Both the position numbers and the translations under genes were made by a program. Shown here one piece after another: positions 25,501 to 40,578 of a stretch of DNA of 64,000 nucleotides (positions are counted from its first letter, which is position 1; each line of letters starts with the position of its first letter). The DNA lies in NCBI GenBank assembly GCA_964057225.1, contig OZ059899.1, positions 18,910,001 to 18,974,000 of the forward strand. The letters run 5' to 3'. Below the pieces are notes generated by a model that was not told where the DNA came from, did no database searches, and was given only the letters and a program-made list of their open reading frames with translations. Source of the DNA: Auanema rhodensis (taxonomy: Eukaryota > Animalia > Nematoda).

Positions 25501-27240
25501 TTAGTGTATGTTGATTTTCCATGTACACTCAACATTGCTTCCAAAAACATTTTGACAAAAATTTTTTCGAAAAATTTCAGAATATTTTAGCAAAAAATAG
25601 TTGTTTTCAGATTCCTTTTCTCAAGGCAAAGACGATGGACAATGTTATTCAACGAAAAAATTAATTCTGCAGGGTGAAAATCGAGGATATAAGTGTGAAC
25701 TTATATCAGTTGATATCTCGGTGAATTTTTAAGCTAGCGCAAATCTGATAAAACAGATCGACGCAGCTTAAAAATCCGCATCGAATGCACTATACAACAT
25801 TGAGAAACGCTTAATACAAAAATTAGTTATGATCGTTTGAAAAAAGATGCATTAGTGTATGTTGAGTTTCCATGTACACTCAACATTGCTTCCAAAAACA
25901 TTTTGACAAAAATTTTTCCGAAAAATTTCAAAATAATTTCGCAAAAAATAGAAGTTTTTAGATTCCTTTTTTCAAGGCAAAGACGATGGACAATGTTATT
26001 CAACGAAAAAATTAATTCTGCAGAGTGAAAATCGAGGATATAAGTGTGAACTTATATCAGTTGATATCTCGGTGAATTTTTAAGCTAGCGCAAATCTGAT
26101 AACACAGATCAACGCAGCTTAAAAATCCGCATCGAATGCATTATACAACATTCAGAAACGCTTAATACAAAAATTAGTTATGATCGTTTGAAAAATGATG
26201 CATTAGTGTATGTTGAGTTTCCATGTACACTCAACATTGCTTCCAAAAACATTTTGACAAAAATTTTTCCGAAAAATTTCAGAATAATTTTGCAAAAAGT
26301 AGATGTTTTTAGATTCCTTTTTTCAAGGCAAAGACGATGGACAATGTTATTCAACGAAAAAATTAATTCTCCAGGGTGAAAATCGAGGATGTAAGTGTGA
26401 ACTTATATCAGTTGATATCTCGGTGCATTTTTAAGCTAGCGCAAATCTGATAACACAGATCGACGCAGCTTAAAAATCCGCATCGAATGCACTATACAAC
26501 ATTGAGAAACGCTTAATACAAAAATTAGTTATGATCGTTTGAAAAAAGATGCATTAGTGTATGTTGAGTTTCCATGTACACTCAACATTGCTTCCAAAAA
26601 CATTTTGACAAAAATTTTTCCGAAAAATTTCAAAATAATTTCGCAAAAAATAGAAGTTTTTAGATTCCTTTTTTCAAGGCAAAGACGATGGACAATGTTA
26701 TTCAACGAAAAAATTAATTCTGCAGAGTGAAAATCGAGGATATAAGTGTGAACTTATATCAGTTGATATCTCGGTGAATTTTTAAGCTAGCGCAAATCTG
26801 ATAACACAGATCGACGCAGCTTAAAAATCCGCATCGAATGCATTATACAACATTCAGAAACGCTTAATACAAAAATTAGTTATGATCGTTTGAAAAATGA
26901 TGCATTAGTGTATGTTGAGTTTCCATGTACACTCAACATTGCTTCCAAAAACATTTTTACAAAAATTTTTCCGAAAATTTTCGAAACAATTTCGCAAAAA
27001 GTAGATGTTTTTAGATTCCTTTTTTCAAGGCAAAGACGATGGACTATGTTATTCAACGAAAAAATTAATTCTGCAGAGTGAAAATCGAGGATATAAGTGT
27101 GAACTTATATCAGTTGATATCTCGGTGAATTTTTAAGCTAGCGCAAATCTGATAAAACAGATCGACGCAGCTTAAAAATCCGCATCGAATGCACTATACA
27201 ACATTGAGAAACGCTTAATACAAAAATTAGTTATGATCGT

Positions 27241-30200
27241 TTGAAAAAAGATGCATTAGTGTATGTTGAGTTTCCATGTACACTCAACATTGCTTCCAAA
27301 AACATTTTGACAAAAATTTTTCCGAAAAATTTCAAAATAATTTCGCAAAAAATAGAAGTTTTTAGATTCCTTTTTTCAAGGCAAAGACGATGGACAATGT
27401 TATTCAACGAAAAAATTAATTCTGCAGAGTGAAAATCGAGGATATAAGTGTGAACTTATATCAGTTGATATCTCGGTGAATTTTTAAGCTAGCGCAAATC
27501 TGATAACACAGATCGACGCAGCTTAAAAATCCGCATCGAATGCATTATACAACATTCAGAAACGCTTAATACAAAAATTAGTTATGATCGTTTGAAAAAT
27601 GATGCATTAGTGTATGTTGAGTTTCCATGTACACTCAACATTGCTTCCAAAAACATTTTGACAAAAATTTTTCCGAAAAATTTCAGAATAATTTTGCAAA
27701 AAGTAGATGTTTTTAGATTCCTTTTTTCAAGGCAAAGACGATGGACAATGTTATTCAACGAAAAAATTAATTCTCCAGGGTGAAAATCGAGGATGTAAGT
27801 GTGAACTTATATCAGTTGATATCTCGGTGCATTTTTAAGCTAGCGCAAATCTGATAACACAGATCGACGCAGCTTAAACATCCGCATCGAATGCACTATA
27901 CAACATTGAGAAACGCTTAATACAAAAATTAGTTATGATCGTTTGAAAAAAGATGCATTAGTGTATGTTGAGTTTCCATGTACACTCAACATTGCTTCCA
28001 AAAACATTTTTACAAAAATTTTTCCGAAAATTTTCGAAACAATTTCGCGAAAAGTAGATGTTTTTAGATTCCTTTTTTCAAGGCAAAGACGATGGACTTT
28101 GTTATTCAACGAAAAAATTAATTCTGCAGAGTGAAAATCGAGGATATAAGTGTGAACTTATATCAGTTGATATCTCGGTGAATTTTTAAGCTAGCGCAAA
28201 TCTGATAACACAGATCGACGCAGCTTAAAAATCCGCATCGAATGCACTATACAACATTGAGAAACGCTTAATACAAAAATTAGTTATAATCGTTTGAAAA
28301 ATGATGCATTAGTGTATGTTGAGTTTCCATGTACACTCAACATTGCTTCCAAAAACATTTTGACAAAAATTTTTCCGAAAAATTTCAAAATAATTTTGCA
28401 AAAAGTAGATGTTTTTAGATTCCTTTTTTCAAGGCAAAGACGATGGACAATGTTATTCAACGAAAAAATTAATTCTCCAGGGTGAAAATCGAGGATGTAA
28501 GTGTGAACTTATATCAGTTGATATCTCGGTGCATTTTTAAGCTAGCGCAAATCTGATAACACAGATCGACGCAGCTTAAACATCCGTATCGAATGCACTA
28601 TACAACATTGAGAAACGCTTAATACAAAAATTAGTTATGATCGTTTGAAAAATGATGCATTAGTGTATGTTGAGTTTCCATGTACACTCAACATTGCTTC
28701 CAAAAACATTTTTACAAAAATTTTTCCGAAAAATTTCGAAACAATTTCGCAAAAAGTAGATGTTTTTAGATTCCTTTTTTCAAGGCAAAGACGATGGACT
28801 ATGTTATTCAACGAAAAAATTAATTCTGCAGGGTGAAAATCGAGGATATAAGTGTGAACTTATATCAGTTGATATCTCGGTGCATTTTTAAGCTAGCGCA
28901 AATCTGATAACACAGATCGACGCAGCTTAAAAATCCGCATCGAATGCACTATACTACATTGAGAAACGCTTAATACAAAAATTAGTTATGATCGTTTGAA
29001 AAATGATGCATTAGTGTATATTGAGTTTCCATGTACACTCAACATTGCTTCCAAAAACATTTTTACAAAAATTTTTCCGAAAAATTTCGAAATAATTTCG
29101 CAGAAAGTAGATGTTTTTAGATTCCTTTTTTCAAGGCAAAGACGATGGACATTGTTATTCAACGAAAAAATTAATTCTGCAGGGTGAAAATCGAGGATAT
29201 AAGTGTGAACTTATATCAGTTGATATCTCGGTGAATTTTTAAGCTAGCGCAAATCTGATAAAACAGATCAACGCAGCTTAAAAATCCGCATCGAATGCAC
29301 TATACAACATTGAGAAACGCTTAATACAAAAATTAGTTATGATCGTTTGAAAAAAGATGCATTAGTGTATGTTGAGTTTCCATGTACACTCAACATTGCT
29401 TCCAAAAACATTTTGACAAAAATTTTTTCGAAAAATTTCAGAATATTTTAGCAAAAAATAGTTGTTTTTAGATTCCTTTTCTCAAGGCAAAGACGATGGA
29501 CAATGTTATTCAACGAAAAAATTAATTCTGCAGGGTGAAAATCGAGGATATAAGTGTGAACTTATATCAGTTGATATCTCGGTGAATTTTTAAGCTAGCG
29601 CAAATCTGATAAAACAGATCAACGCAGCTTAAAAATCCGCATCGAATGCACTATACAACATTGAGAAACGCTTAATACAAAAATTAGTTATGATCGTTTG
29701 AAAAAAGATGCATTAGTGTATGTTGAGTTTCCATGTACACTCAACATTGCTTCCAAAAACATTTTGACAAAAATTTTTCCGAAAAATTTCAAAATAATTT
29801 TGCAAAAAGTAGATGTTTTTAGATTCCTTTTTTCAAGGCAAAGACGATGGACAATGTTATTCAACGAAAAAATTAATTCTGCAGAGTGAAAATCGAGGAT
29901 ATAAGTGTGAACTTATATCAGTTGATATCTCGGTGAATTTTTAAGCTAGCGCAAATCTGATAAAACAGATCGACGCAGCTTAAAAATCCGCATCGAATGC
30001 ACTATACAACATTGAGAAACGCTTAATACAAAAATTAGTTATGATCGTTTGAAAAAAGATGCATTAGTGTATGTTGAGTTTCCATGTACACTCAACATTG
30101 CTTCCAAAAACATTTTGACAAAAATTTTTCCGAAAAATTTCAAAATAATTTCGCAAAAAATAGAAGTTTTTAGATTCCTTTTTTCAAGGCAAAGACGATG

Positions 30201-32856
30201 GACAATGTTATTCAACGAAAAAATTAATTCTGCAGAGTGAAAATCGAGGATATAAGTGTGAACTTATATCAGTTGATATCTCGGTGAATTTTTAAGCTAG
30301 CGCAAATCTGATAACACAGATCGACGCAGCTTAAAAATCCGCATCGAATGCATTATACAACATTCAGAAACGCTTAATACAAAAATTAGTTATGATCGTT
30401 TGAAAAATGATGCATTAGTGTATGTTGAGTTTCCATGTACACTCAACATTGCTTCCAAAAACATTTTGACAAAAATTTTTCCGAAAAATTTCAGAATAAT
30501 TTTGCAAAAAGTAGATGTTTTTAGATTCCTTTTTTCAAGGCAAAGACGATGGACAATGTTATTCAACGAAAAAATTAATTCTCCAGGGTGAAAATCGAGG
30601 ATGTAAGTGTGAACTTATATCAGTTGATATCTCGGTGCATTTTTAAGCTAGCGCAAATCTGATAACACAGATCGACGCAGCTTAAACATCCGCATCGAAT
30701 GCACTATACAACATTGAGAAACGCTTAATACAAAAATTAGTTATGATCGTTTGAAAAAAGATGCATTAGTGTATGTTGAGTTTCCATGTACACTCAACAT
30801 TGCTTCCAAAAACATTTTTACAAAAATTTTTCCGAAAATTTTCGAAACAATTTCGCAAAAAGTAGATGTTTTTAGATTCCTTTTTTCAAGGCAAAGACGA
30901 TGGACTTTGTTATTCAACGAAAAAATTAATTCTGCAGAGTGAAAATCGAGGATATAAGTGTGAACTTATATCAGTTGATATCTCGGTGAATTTTTAAGCT
31001 AGCGCAAATCTGATAACACAGATCGACGCAGCTTAAAAATCCGCATCGAATGCACTATACAACATTGAGAAACGCTTAATACAAAAATTAGTTATAATCG
31101 TTTGAAAAATGATGCATTAGTGTATGTTGAGTTTCCATGTACACTCAACATTGCTTCCAAAAACATTTTGACAAAAATTTTTCCGAAAAATTTCAAAATA
31201 ATTTTGCAAAAAGTAGATGTTTTTAGATTCCTTTTTTCAAGGCAAAGACGATGGACAATGTTATTCAACGAAAAAATTAATTCTCCAGGGTGAAAATCGA
31301 GGATGTAAGTGTGAACTTATATCAGTTGATATCTCGGTGCATTTTTAAGCTAGCGCAAATCTGATAACACAGATCGACGCAGCTTAAACATCCGTATCGA
31401 ATGCACTATACAACATTGAGAAACGCTTAATACAAAAATTAGTTATGATCGTTTGAAAAATGATGCATTAGTGTATGTTGAGTTTCCATGTACACTCAAC
31501 ATTGCTTCCAAAAACATTTTTACAAAAATTTTTCCGAAAAATTTCGAAACAATTTCGCAAAAAGTAGATGTTTTTAGATTCCTTTTTTCAAGGCAAAGAC
31601 GATGGACTATGTTATTCAACGAAAAAATTAATTCTGCAGGGTGAAAATCGAGGATATAAGTGTGAACTTATATCAGTTGATATCTCGGTGCATTTTTAAG
31701 CTAGCGCAAATCTGATAACACAGATCGACGCAGCTTAAAAATCCGCATCGAATGCACTATACTACATTGAGAAACGCTTAATACAAAAATTAGTTATGAT
31801 CGTTTGAAAAATGATGCATTAGTGTATATTGAGTTTCCATGTACACTCAACATTGCTTCCAAAAACATTTTTACAAAAATTTTTCCGAAAAATTTCGAAA
31901 TAATTTCGCAGAAAGTAGATGTTTTTAGATTCCTTTTTTCAAGGCAAAGACGATGGACATTGTTATTCAACGAAAAAATTAATTCTGCAGGGTGAAAATC
32001 GAGGATATAAGTGTGAACTTATATCAGTTGATATCTCGGTGAATTTTTAAGCTAGCGCAAATCTGATAAAACAGATCAACGCAGCTTAAAAATCCGCATC
32101 GAATGCACTATACAACATTGAGAAACGCTTAATACAAAAATTAGTTATGATCGTTTGAAAAAAGATGCATTAGTGTATGTTGAGTTTCCATGTACACTCA
32201 ACATTGCTTCCAAAAACATTTTGACAAAAATTTTTTCGAAAAATTTCAGAATATTTTAGCAAAAAATAGTTGTTTTTAGATTCCTTTTCTCAAGGCAAAG
32301 ACGATGGACAATGTTATTCAACGAAAAAATTAATTCTGCAGGGTGAAAATCGAGGATATAAGTGTGAACTTATATCAGTTGATATCTCGGTGAATTTTTA
32401 AGCTAGCGCAAATCTGATAAAACAGATCAACGCAGCTTAAAAATCCGCATCGAATGCACTATACAACATTGAGAAACGCTTAATACAAAAATTAGTTATG
32501 ATCGTTTGAAAAAAGATGCATTAGTGTATGTTGAGTTTCCATGTACACTCAACATTGCTTCCAAAAACATTTTGACAAAAATTTTTCCGAAAAATTTCAA
32601 AATAATTTTGCAAAAAGTAGATGTTTTTAGATTCCTTTTTTCAAGGCAAAGACGATGGACAATGTTATTCAACGAAAAAATTAATTCTGCAGAGTGAAAA
32701 TCGAGGATATAAGTGTGAACTTATATCAGTTGATATCTCTGTGAATTTTTAAGCTAGCGCAAATCTGATAAAACAGATCGACGCAGCTTAAAAATCCGCA
32801 TCGAATGCACTATACAACATTGAGAAACGCTTAATACAAAAATTAGTTATGATCGT
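27241..32856 (+). repeat. Tandem duplication with 8-monomer (2808 bp) period
   Basis: Private SNPs TTATAAT at 28288/31096 and CCGTATC at 28587/31395, plus GTATATT in monomers 28996/31804. Boundaries approximate. Confidence 0.9.
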
Positions 32857-35800
32857 TTGAAAAAAGATGCATTAGTGTATGTTGAGTTTCCATGTACACT
32901 CAACATTGCTTCCAAAAACATTTTGACAAAAATTTTTCCGAAAAATTTCAAAATAATTTCGCAAAAAATAGAAGATTCTAGATTCCTTTTTTCAAGGCAA
33001 AGACGATGGACAATGTTATTCAACGAAAAAATTAATTCTGCAGAGTGAAAATCGAGGATATAAGTGTGAACTTATATCAGTTGATATCTCGGTGAATTTT
33101 TAAGCTAGCGCAAATCTGATAACACAGATCGACGCAGCTTAAAAATCCGCATCGAATGCACTATACAACATTGAGAAACGCTTAATACAAAAATTAGTTA
33201 TGATCGTTTGAAAAAAGATGCATTAGTGTATGTTGAGTTTCCATGTACACTCAACATTGCTTCCAAAAACATTTTGACAAAAATTTTTCCGAAAAATTTC
33301 AAAATAATTTCGCAAAAAATAGAAGTTTTTAGATTCCTTTTTTCAAGGCAAAGACGATGGACAATGTTATTCAACGAAAAAATTAATTCTGCAGAGTGAA
33401 AATCGAGGATATAAGTGTGAACTTATATCAGTTGATATCTCGGTGAATTTGTAAGCTAGCGCAAATCTGATAACACAGATCGACGCAGCTTAAAAATCCG
33501 CATCGAATGCATTATACAACATTCAGAAACGCTTAATACAAAAATTAGTTATGATCGTTTGAAAAATGATGCATTAGTGTATGTTGAGTTTCCATGTACA
33601 CTCAACATTGCTTCCAAAAACATTTTGACAAAAATTTTTCCGAAAAATTTCAGAATAATTTTGCAAAAAGTAGATGTTTTTAGATTCCTTTTTTCAAGGC
33701 AAAGACGATGGACAATGTTATTCAACGAAAAAATTAATTCTCCAGGGTGAAAATCGAGGATGTAAGTGTGAACTTATATCAGTTGATATCTCGGTGCATT
33801 TTTAAGCTAGCGCAAATCTGATAACACAGATCGACGCAGCTTAAACATCCGCATCGAATGCACTATACAACATTGAGAAACGCTTAATACAAAAATTAGT
33901 TATGATCGTTTGAAAAAAGATGCATTAGTGTATGTTGAGTTTCCATGTACACTCAACATTGCTTCCAAAAACATTTTTACAAAAATTTTTCCGAAAATTT
34001 TCGAAACAATTTCGCAAAAAGTAGATGTTTTTAGATTCCTTTTTTCAAGGCAAAGACGATGGACTATGTTATTCAACGAAAAAATTAATTCTGCAGAGTG
34101 AAAATCGAGGATATAAGTGTGAACTTATATCAGTTGATATCTCGGTGAATTTTTAAGCTAGCGCAAATCTGATAACACAGATCGACGCAGCTTAAAAATC
34201 CGCATCGAATGCACTATACAACATTGAGAAACGCTTAATACAAAAATTAGTTATGATCGTTTGAAAAATGATGCATTAGTGTATGTTGAGTTTCCATGTA
34301 CACTCAACATTGCTTCCAAAAACATTTTGACAAAAATTTTTCCGAAAAATTTCAAAATAATTTTGCAAAAAGTAGATGTTTTTAGATTCCTTTTTTCAAG
34401 GCAAAGACGATGGACAATGTTATTCAACGAAAAAATTAATTCTCCAGGGTGAAAATCGAGGATGTAAGTGTGAACTTATATCAGTTGATATCTCGGTGCA
34501 TTTTTAAGCTAGCGCAAATCTGATAACACAGATCGACGCAGCTTAAACATCCGCATCGAATGCACTATACAACATTGAGAAACGCTTAATACAAAAATTA
34601 GTTATGATCGTTTGAAAAATGATGCATTAGTGTATGTTGAGTTTCCATGTACACTCAACATTGCTTCCAAAAACATTTTTACAAAAATTTTTCCGAAAAA
34701 TTTCGAAATAATTTCGCAGAAAGTAGATGTTTTTAGATTCCTTTTTTCAAGGCAAAGACGATGGACATTGTTATTCAACGAAAAAATTAATTCTGCAGGG
34801 TGAAAATCGAGGATATAAGTGTGAACTTATATCAGTTGATATCTCGGTGAATTTTTAAGCTAGCGCAAATCTGATAAAACAGATCAACGCAGCTTAAAAA
34901 TCCGCATCGAATGCACTATACAACATTGAGAAACGCTTAATACAAAAATTAGTTATGATCGTTTGAAAAAAGATGCATTAGTGTATGTTGAGTTTCCATG
35001 TACACTCAACATTGCTTCCAAAAACATTTTGACAAAAATTTTTTCGAAAAATTTCAGAATATTTTAGCAAAAAATAGTTGTTTTTAGATTCCTTTTCTCA
35101 AGGCAAAGACGATGGACAATGTTATTCAACGAAAAAATTAATTCTGCAGGGTGAAAATCGAGGATATAAGTGTGAACTTATATCAGTTGATATCTCGGTG
35201 AATTTTTAAGCTAGCGCAAATCTGATAAAACAGATCAACGCAGCTTAAAAATCCGCATCGAATGCACTATACAACATTGAGAAACGCTTAATACAAAAAT
35301 TAGTTATGATCGTTTGAAAAAAGATGCATTAGTGTATGTTGAGTTTCCATGTACACTCAACATTGCTTCCAAAAACATTTTGACAAAAATTTTTCCGAAA
35401 AATTTCAAAATAATTTTGCAAAAAGTAGATGTTTTTAGATTCCTTTTTTCAAGGCAAAGACGATGGACTATGTTATTCAACGAAAAAATTAATTCTGCAG
35501 AGTGAAAATCGAGGATATAAGTGTGAACTTATATCAGTTGATATCTCGGTGAATTTTTAAGCTAGCGCAAATCTGATAACACAGATCGACGCAGCTTAAA
35601 AATCCGCATCGAATGCACTATACAACATTGAGAAACGCTTAATACAAAAATTAGTTATGATCGTTTGAAAAATGATGCATTAGTGTATGTTGAGTTTCCA
35701 TGTACACTCAACATTGCTTCCAAAAACATTTTGACAAAAATTTTTCCGAAAAATTTCAAAATAATTTTGCAAAAAGTAGATGTTTTTAGATTCCTTTTTT

Positions 35801-38800
35801 CAAGGCAAAGACGATGGACAATGTTATTCAACGAAAAAATTAATTCTCCAGGGTGAAAATCGAGGATGTAAGTGTGAACTTATATCAGTTGATATCTCGG
35901 TGCATTTTTAAGCTAGCGCAAATCTGATAACACAGATCGACGCAGCTTAAACATCCGCATCGAATGCACTATACAACATTGAGAAACGCTTAATACAAAA
36001 ATTAGTTATGATCGTTTGAAAAATGATGCATTAGTGTATGTTGAGTTTCCATGTACACTCAACATTGCTTCCAAAAACATTTTTACAAAAAGTTTTCCGA
36101 AAAATTTCGAAACAATTTCGCAAAAAGTAGATGTTTTTAGATTCCTTTTTTCAAGGCAAAGACGATGGACAATGTTATTCAACGAAAAAATTAATTCTGC
36201 AGAGTGAAAATCGAGGATATAAGTGTGAACTTATATCAGTTGATATCTCTGTGAATTTTTAAGCTAGCGCAAATCTGATAAAACAGATCGACGCAGCTTA
36301 AAAATCCGCATCGAATGCACTATACAACATTGAGAAACGCTTAATACAAAAATTAGTTATGATCGTTTGAAAAAAGATGCATTAGTGTATGTTGAGTTTC
36401 CATGTACACTCAACATTGCTTCCAAAAACATTTTGACAAAAATTTTTCCGAAAAATTTCAAAATAATTTTGCAAAAAGTAGATGTTTTTAGATTCCTTTT
36501 TTCAAGGCAAAGACGATGGACTATGTTATTCAACGAAAAAATTAATTCTGCAGAGTGAAAATCGAGGATATAAGTGTGAACTTATATCAGTTGATATCTC
36601 GGTGCATTTTTAAGCTAGCGCAAATCTGATAACACAGATCGACGCAGCTTAAACATCCGCATCGAATGCACTATACAACATTGAGAAACGCTTAATACAA
36701 AAATTAGTTATGATCGTTTGAAAAATGATGCATTAGTGTATGTTGAGTTTCCATGTACACTCAACATTGCTTCCAAAAACATTTTTACAAAAAGTTTTCC
36801 GAAAAATTTCGAAACAATTTCGCAAAAAGTAGATGTTTTTAGATTCCTTTTTTCAAGGCAAAGACGATGGACTATGTTATTCAACGAAAAAATTAATTCT
36901 GCAGGGTGAAAATCGAGGATATAAGTGTGAACTTATATCAGTTGATATCTCGGTGCATTTTTAAGCTAGCGCAAATCTGATAACACAGATCGACGCAGCT
37001 TAAAAATCCGCATCGAATGCACTATACTACATTGAGAAACGCTTAATACAAAAATTAGTTATGATCGTTTGAAAAATGATGCATTAGTGTATGTTGAGTT
37101 TCCATGTACACTCAACATTGCTTCCAAAAACATTTTTACAAAAATTTTTCCGAAAAATTTCGAAATAATTTCGCAGAAAGTAGATGTTTTTAGATTCCTT
37201 TTTTCAAGGCAAAGACGATGGACATTGTTATTCAACGAAAAAATTAATTCTGCAGGGTGAAAATCGAGGATATAAGTGTGAACTTATATCAGTTGATATC
37301 TCGGTGAATTTTTAAGCTAGCGCAAATCTGATAAAACAGATCAACGCAGCTTAAAAATCCGCATCGAATGCACTATACAACATTGAGAAACGCTTAATAC
37401 AAAAATTAGTTATGATCGTTTGAAAAAAGATGCATTAGTGTATGTTGAGTTTCCATGTACACTCAACATTGCTTCCAAAAACATTTTGACAAAAATTTTT
37501 CCGAAAAATTTCAAAATAATTTTGCAAAAAGTAGATGTTTTTAGATTCCTTTTTTCAAGGCAAAGACGATGGACAATGTTATTCAACGAAAAAATTAATT
37601 CTGCAGAGTGAAAATCGAGGATATAAGTGTGAACTTATATCAGTTGATATCTCTGTGAATTTTTAAGCTAGCGCAAATCTGATAAAACAGATCGACGCAG
37701 CTTAAAAATCCGCATCGAATGCACTATACAACATTGAGAAACGCTTAATACAAAAATTAGTTATGATCGTTTGAAAAAAGATGCATTAGTGTATGTTGAG
37801 TTTCCATGTACACTCAACATTGCTTCCAAAAACATTTTGACAAAAATTTTTCCGAAAAATTTCAAAATAATTTCGCAAAAAATAGAAGATTTTAGATTCC
37901 TTTTTTCAAGGCAAAGACGATGGACAATGTTATTCAACGAAAAAATTAATTCTGCAGAGTGAAAATCGAGGATATAAGTGTGAACTTATATCAGTTGATA
38001 TCTCGGTGAATTTTTAAGCTAGCGCAAATCTGATAACACAGATCGACGCAGCTTAAAAATCCGCATTGAATGCACTATACAACATTGAGAAACGCTTAAT
38101 ACAAAAATTAGTTATGATCGTTTGAAAAATGATGCATTAGTGTATGTTGAGTTTCCATGTACACTCAACATTGCTTCCAAAAACATTTTGACAAAAATTT
38201 TTTCAAAAAATTTCAGAATATTTTAGCAAAAAATAGTTGTTTTTAGATTCCTTTTCTCAAGGCAAAGACGATGGACAATGTTATTCAACGAAAAAATTAA
38301 TTCTGCAGGGTGAAAATCGAGGATATAAGTGTGAACTTATATCAGTTGATATCTCGGTGAATTTTTAAGCTAGCGCAAATCTGATAAAACAGATCGACGC
38401 AGCTTAAAAATCCGCATCGAATGCACTATACAACATTGAGAAACGCTTAATACAAAAATTAGTTATGATCGTTTGAAAAAAGATGCATTAGTGTATGTTG
38501 AGTTTCCATGTACACTCAACATTGCTTCCAAAAACATTTTGACAAAAATTTTTCCGAAAAATTTCAAAATAATTTCGCAAAAAATAGAAGTTTTTAGATT
38601 CCTTTTTTCAAGGCAAAGACGAAAAACAATGTTATTCAACGAAAAAACTAATTCTGCAGAGTGAAAATCGAGGATATAAGTGTGAACTTATATCAGTTGA
38701 TATCTCGGTGAATTTTTAAGCTAGCGCAAATCTGATAACACAGATCGACGCAGCTTAAAAATCCGCATCGAATGCACTATACAACATTGAGAAACGCTTA

Positions 38801-40578
38801 ATACAAAAATTAGTTATGATCGTTTGAAAAATGATGCATTAGTGTATGTTGAGTTTCCATGTACACTCAACATTGCTTCCAAAAACATTTTGACAAAAAT
38901 TTTTCCGAAAAATTTCAAAATAATTTTGCAAAAAGTAGATGTTTTTAGATTCCTTTTTTCAAGGCAAAGACGATGGACAATGTTATTCAACGAAAAAATT
39001 AATTCTCCAGGGTGAAAATCGAGGATGTAAGTGTGAACTTATATCAGTTGATATCTCGGTGCATTTTTAAGCTAGCGCAAATCTGATAACACAGATCGAC
39101 GCAGCTTAAACATCCGCATCGAATGCACTATACAACATTGAGAAACGCTTAATACAAAAATTAGTTATGATCGTTTGAAAAATGATGCATTAGTGTATGT
39201 TGAGTTTCCATGTACACTCAACATTGCTTCCAAAAACATTTTTACAAAAATTTTTCCGAAAATTTTCGAAACAATTTCGCAAAAAGTAGATGTTTTTAGA
39301 TTCCTTTTTTCAAGGCAAAGACGATGGACATTGTTATTCAACGAAAAAATTAATTCTGCAGGGTGAAAATCGAGGATATAAGTGTGAACTTATATCAGTT
39401 GATATCTCGGTGCATTTTTAAGCTAGCGCAAATCTGATAACACAGATCGACGCAGCTTAAAAATCCGCATCGAATGCACTATACAACATTGAGAAACGCT
39501 TAATACAAAAATTAGTTATGATCGTTTGAAAAATGATGCATTAGTGTATGTTGAGTTTCCATGTACACTCAACATTGCTTCCAAAAACATTTTTACAAAA
39601 ATTTTTCCGAAAATTTTCGAAACAATTTCGCAAAAAGTAGATGTTTTTAGATTCCTTTTTTCAAGGCAAAGACGATGGACATTGTTATTCAACGAAAAAA
39701 TTAATTCTGCAGGGTGAAAATCGAGGATATAAGTGTGAACTTATATCAGTTGAAATCTCGGTGCATTTTTAAGCTAGCGCAAATCTGATAACACAGATCG
39801 ACGCAGCTTAAAAATCCGCATCGAATGCACTATACAACATTGAGAAACGCTTAATACAAAAATTAGTTATGATCGTTTGAAAAATGATGCATTAGTGTAT
39901 GTTGAGTTTCCATGTACACTCAACATTGCTTCCAAAAACATTTTTACAAAAATTTTTCCGAAAAATTTCAAAATAATTTTGCAAAAAGTAGATGTTTTTA
40001 GATTCCTTTTTTCAAGGCAAAGACGATGGACAATGTTATTCAACGAAAAAATTAATTCTCCAGGGTGAAAATCGAGGATGTAAGTGTGAACTTATATCAG
40101 TTGATATCTCGGTGCATTTTTAAGCTAGCGCAAATCTGATAACACAGATCGACGCAGCTTAAACATCCGCATCGAATGCACTATACAACATTGAGAAACG
40201 CTTAATACAAAAATTAGTTATGATCGTTTGAAAAATGATGCATTAGTGTATGTTGAGTTTCCATGTACACTCAACATTGCTTCCAAAAACATTTTTACAA
40301 AAATTTTTCCGAAAATTTTCGAAACAATTTCGCAAAAAGTAGATGTTTTTAGATTCCTTTTTTCAAGGCAAAGACGATGGACATTGTTATTCAACGAAAA
40401 AATTAATTCTGCAGGGTGAAAATCGAGGATATAAGTGTGAACTTATATCAGTTGATATCTCGGTGCATTTTTAAGCTAGCGCAAATCTGATAACACAGAT
40501 CGACGCAGCTTAAAAATCCGCATCGAATGCACTATACAACATTGAGAAACGCTTAATACAAAAATTAGTTATGATCGT

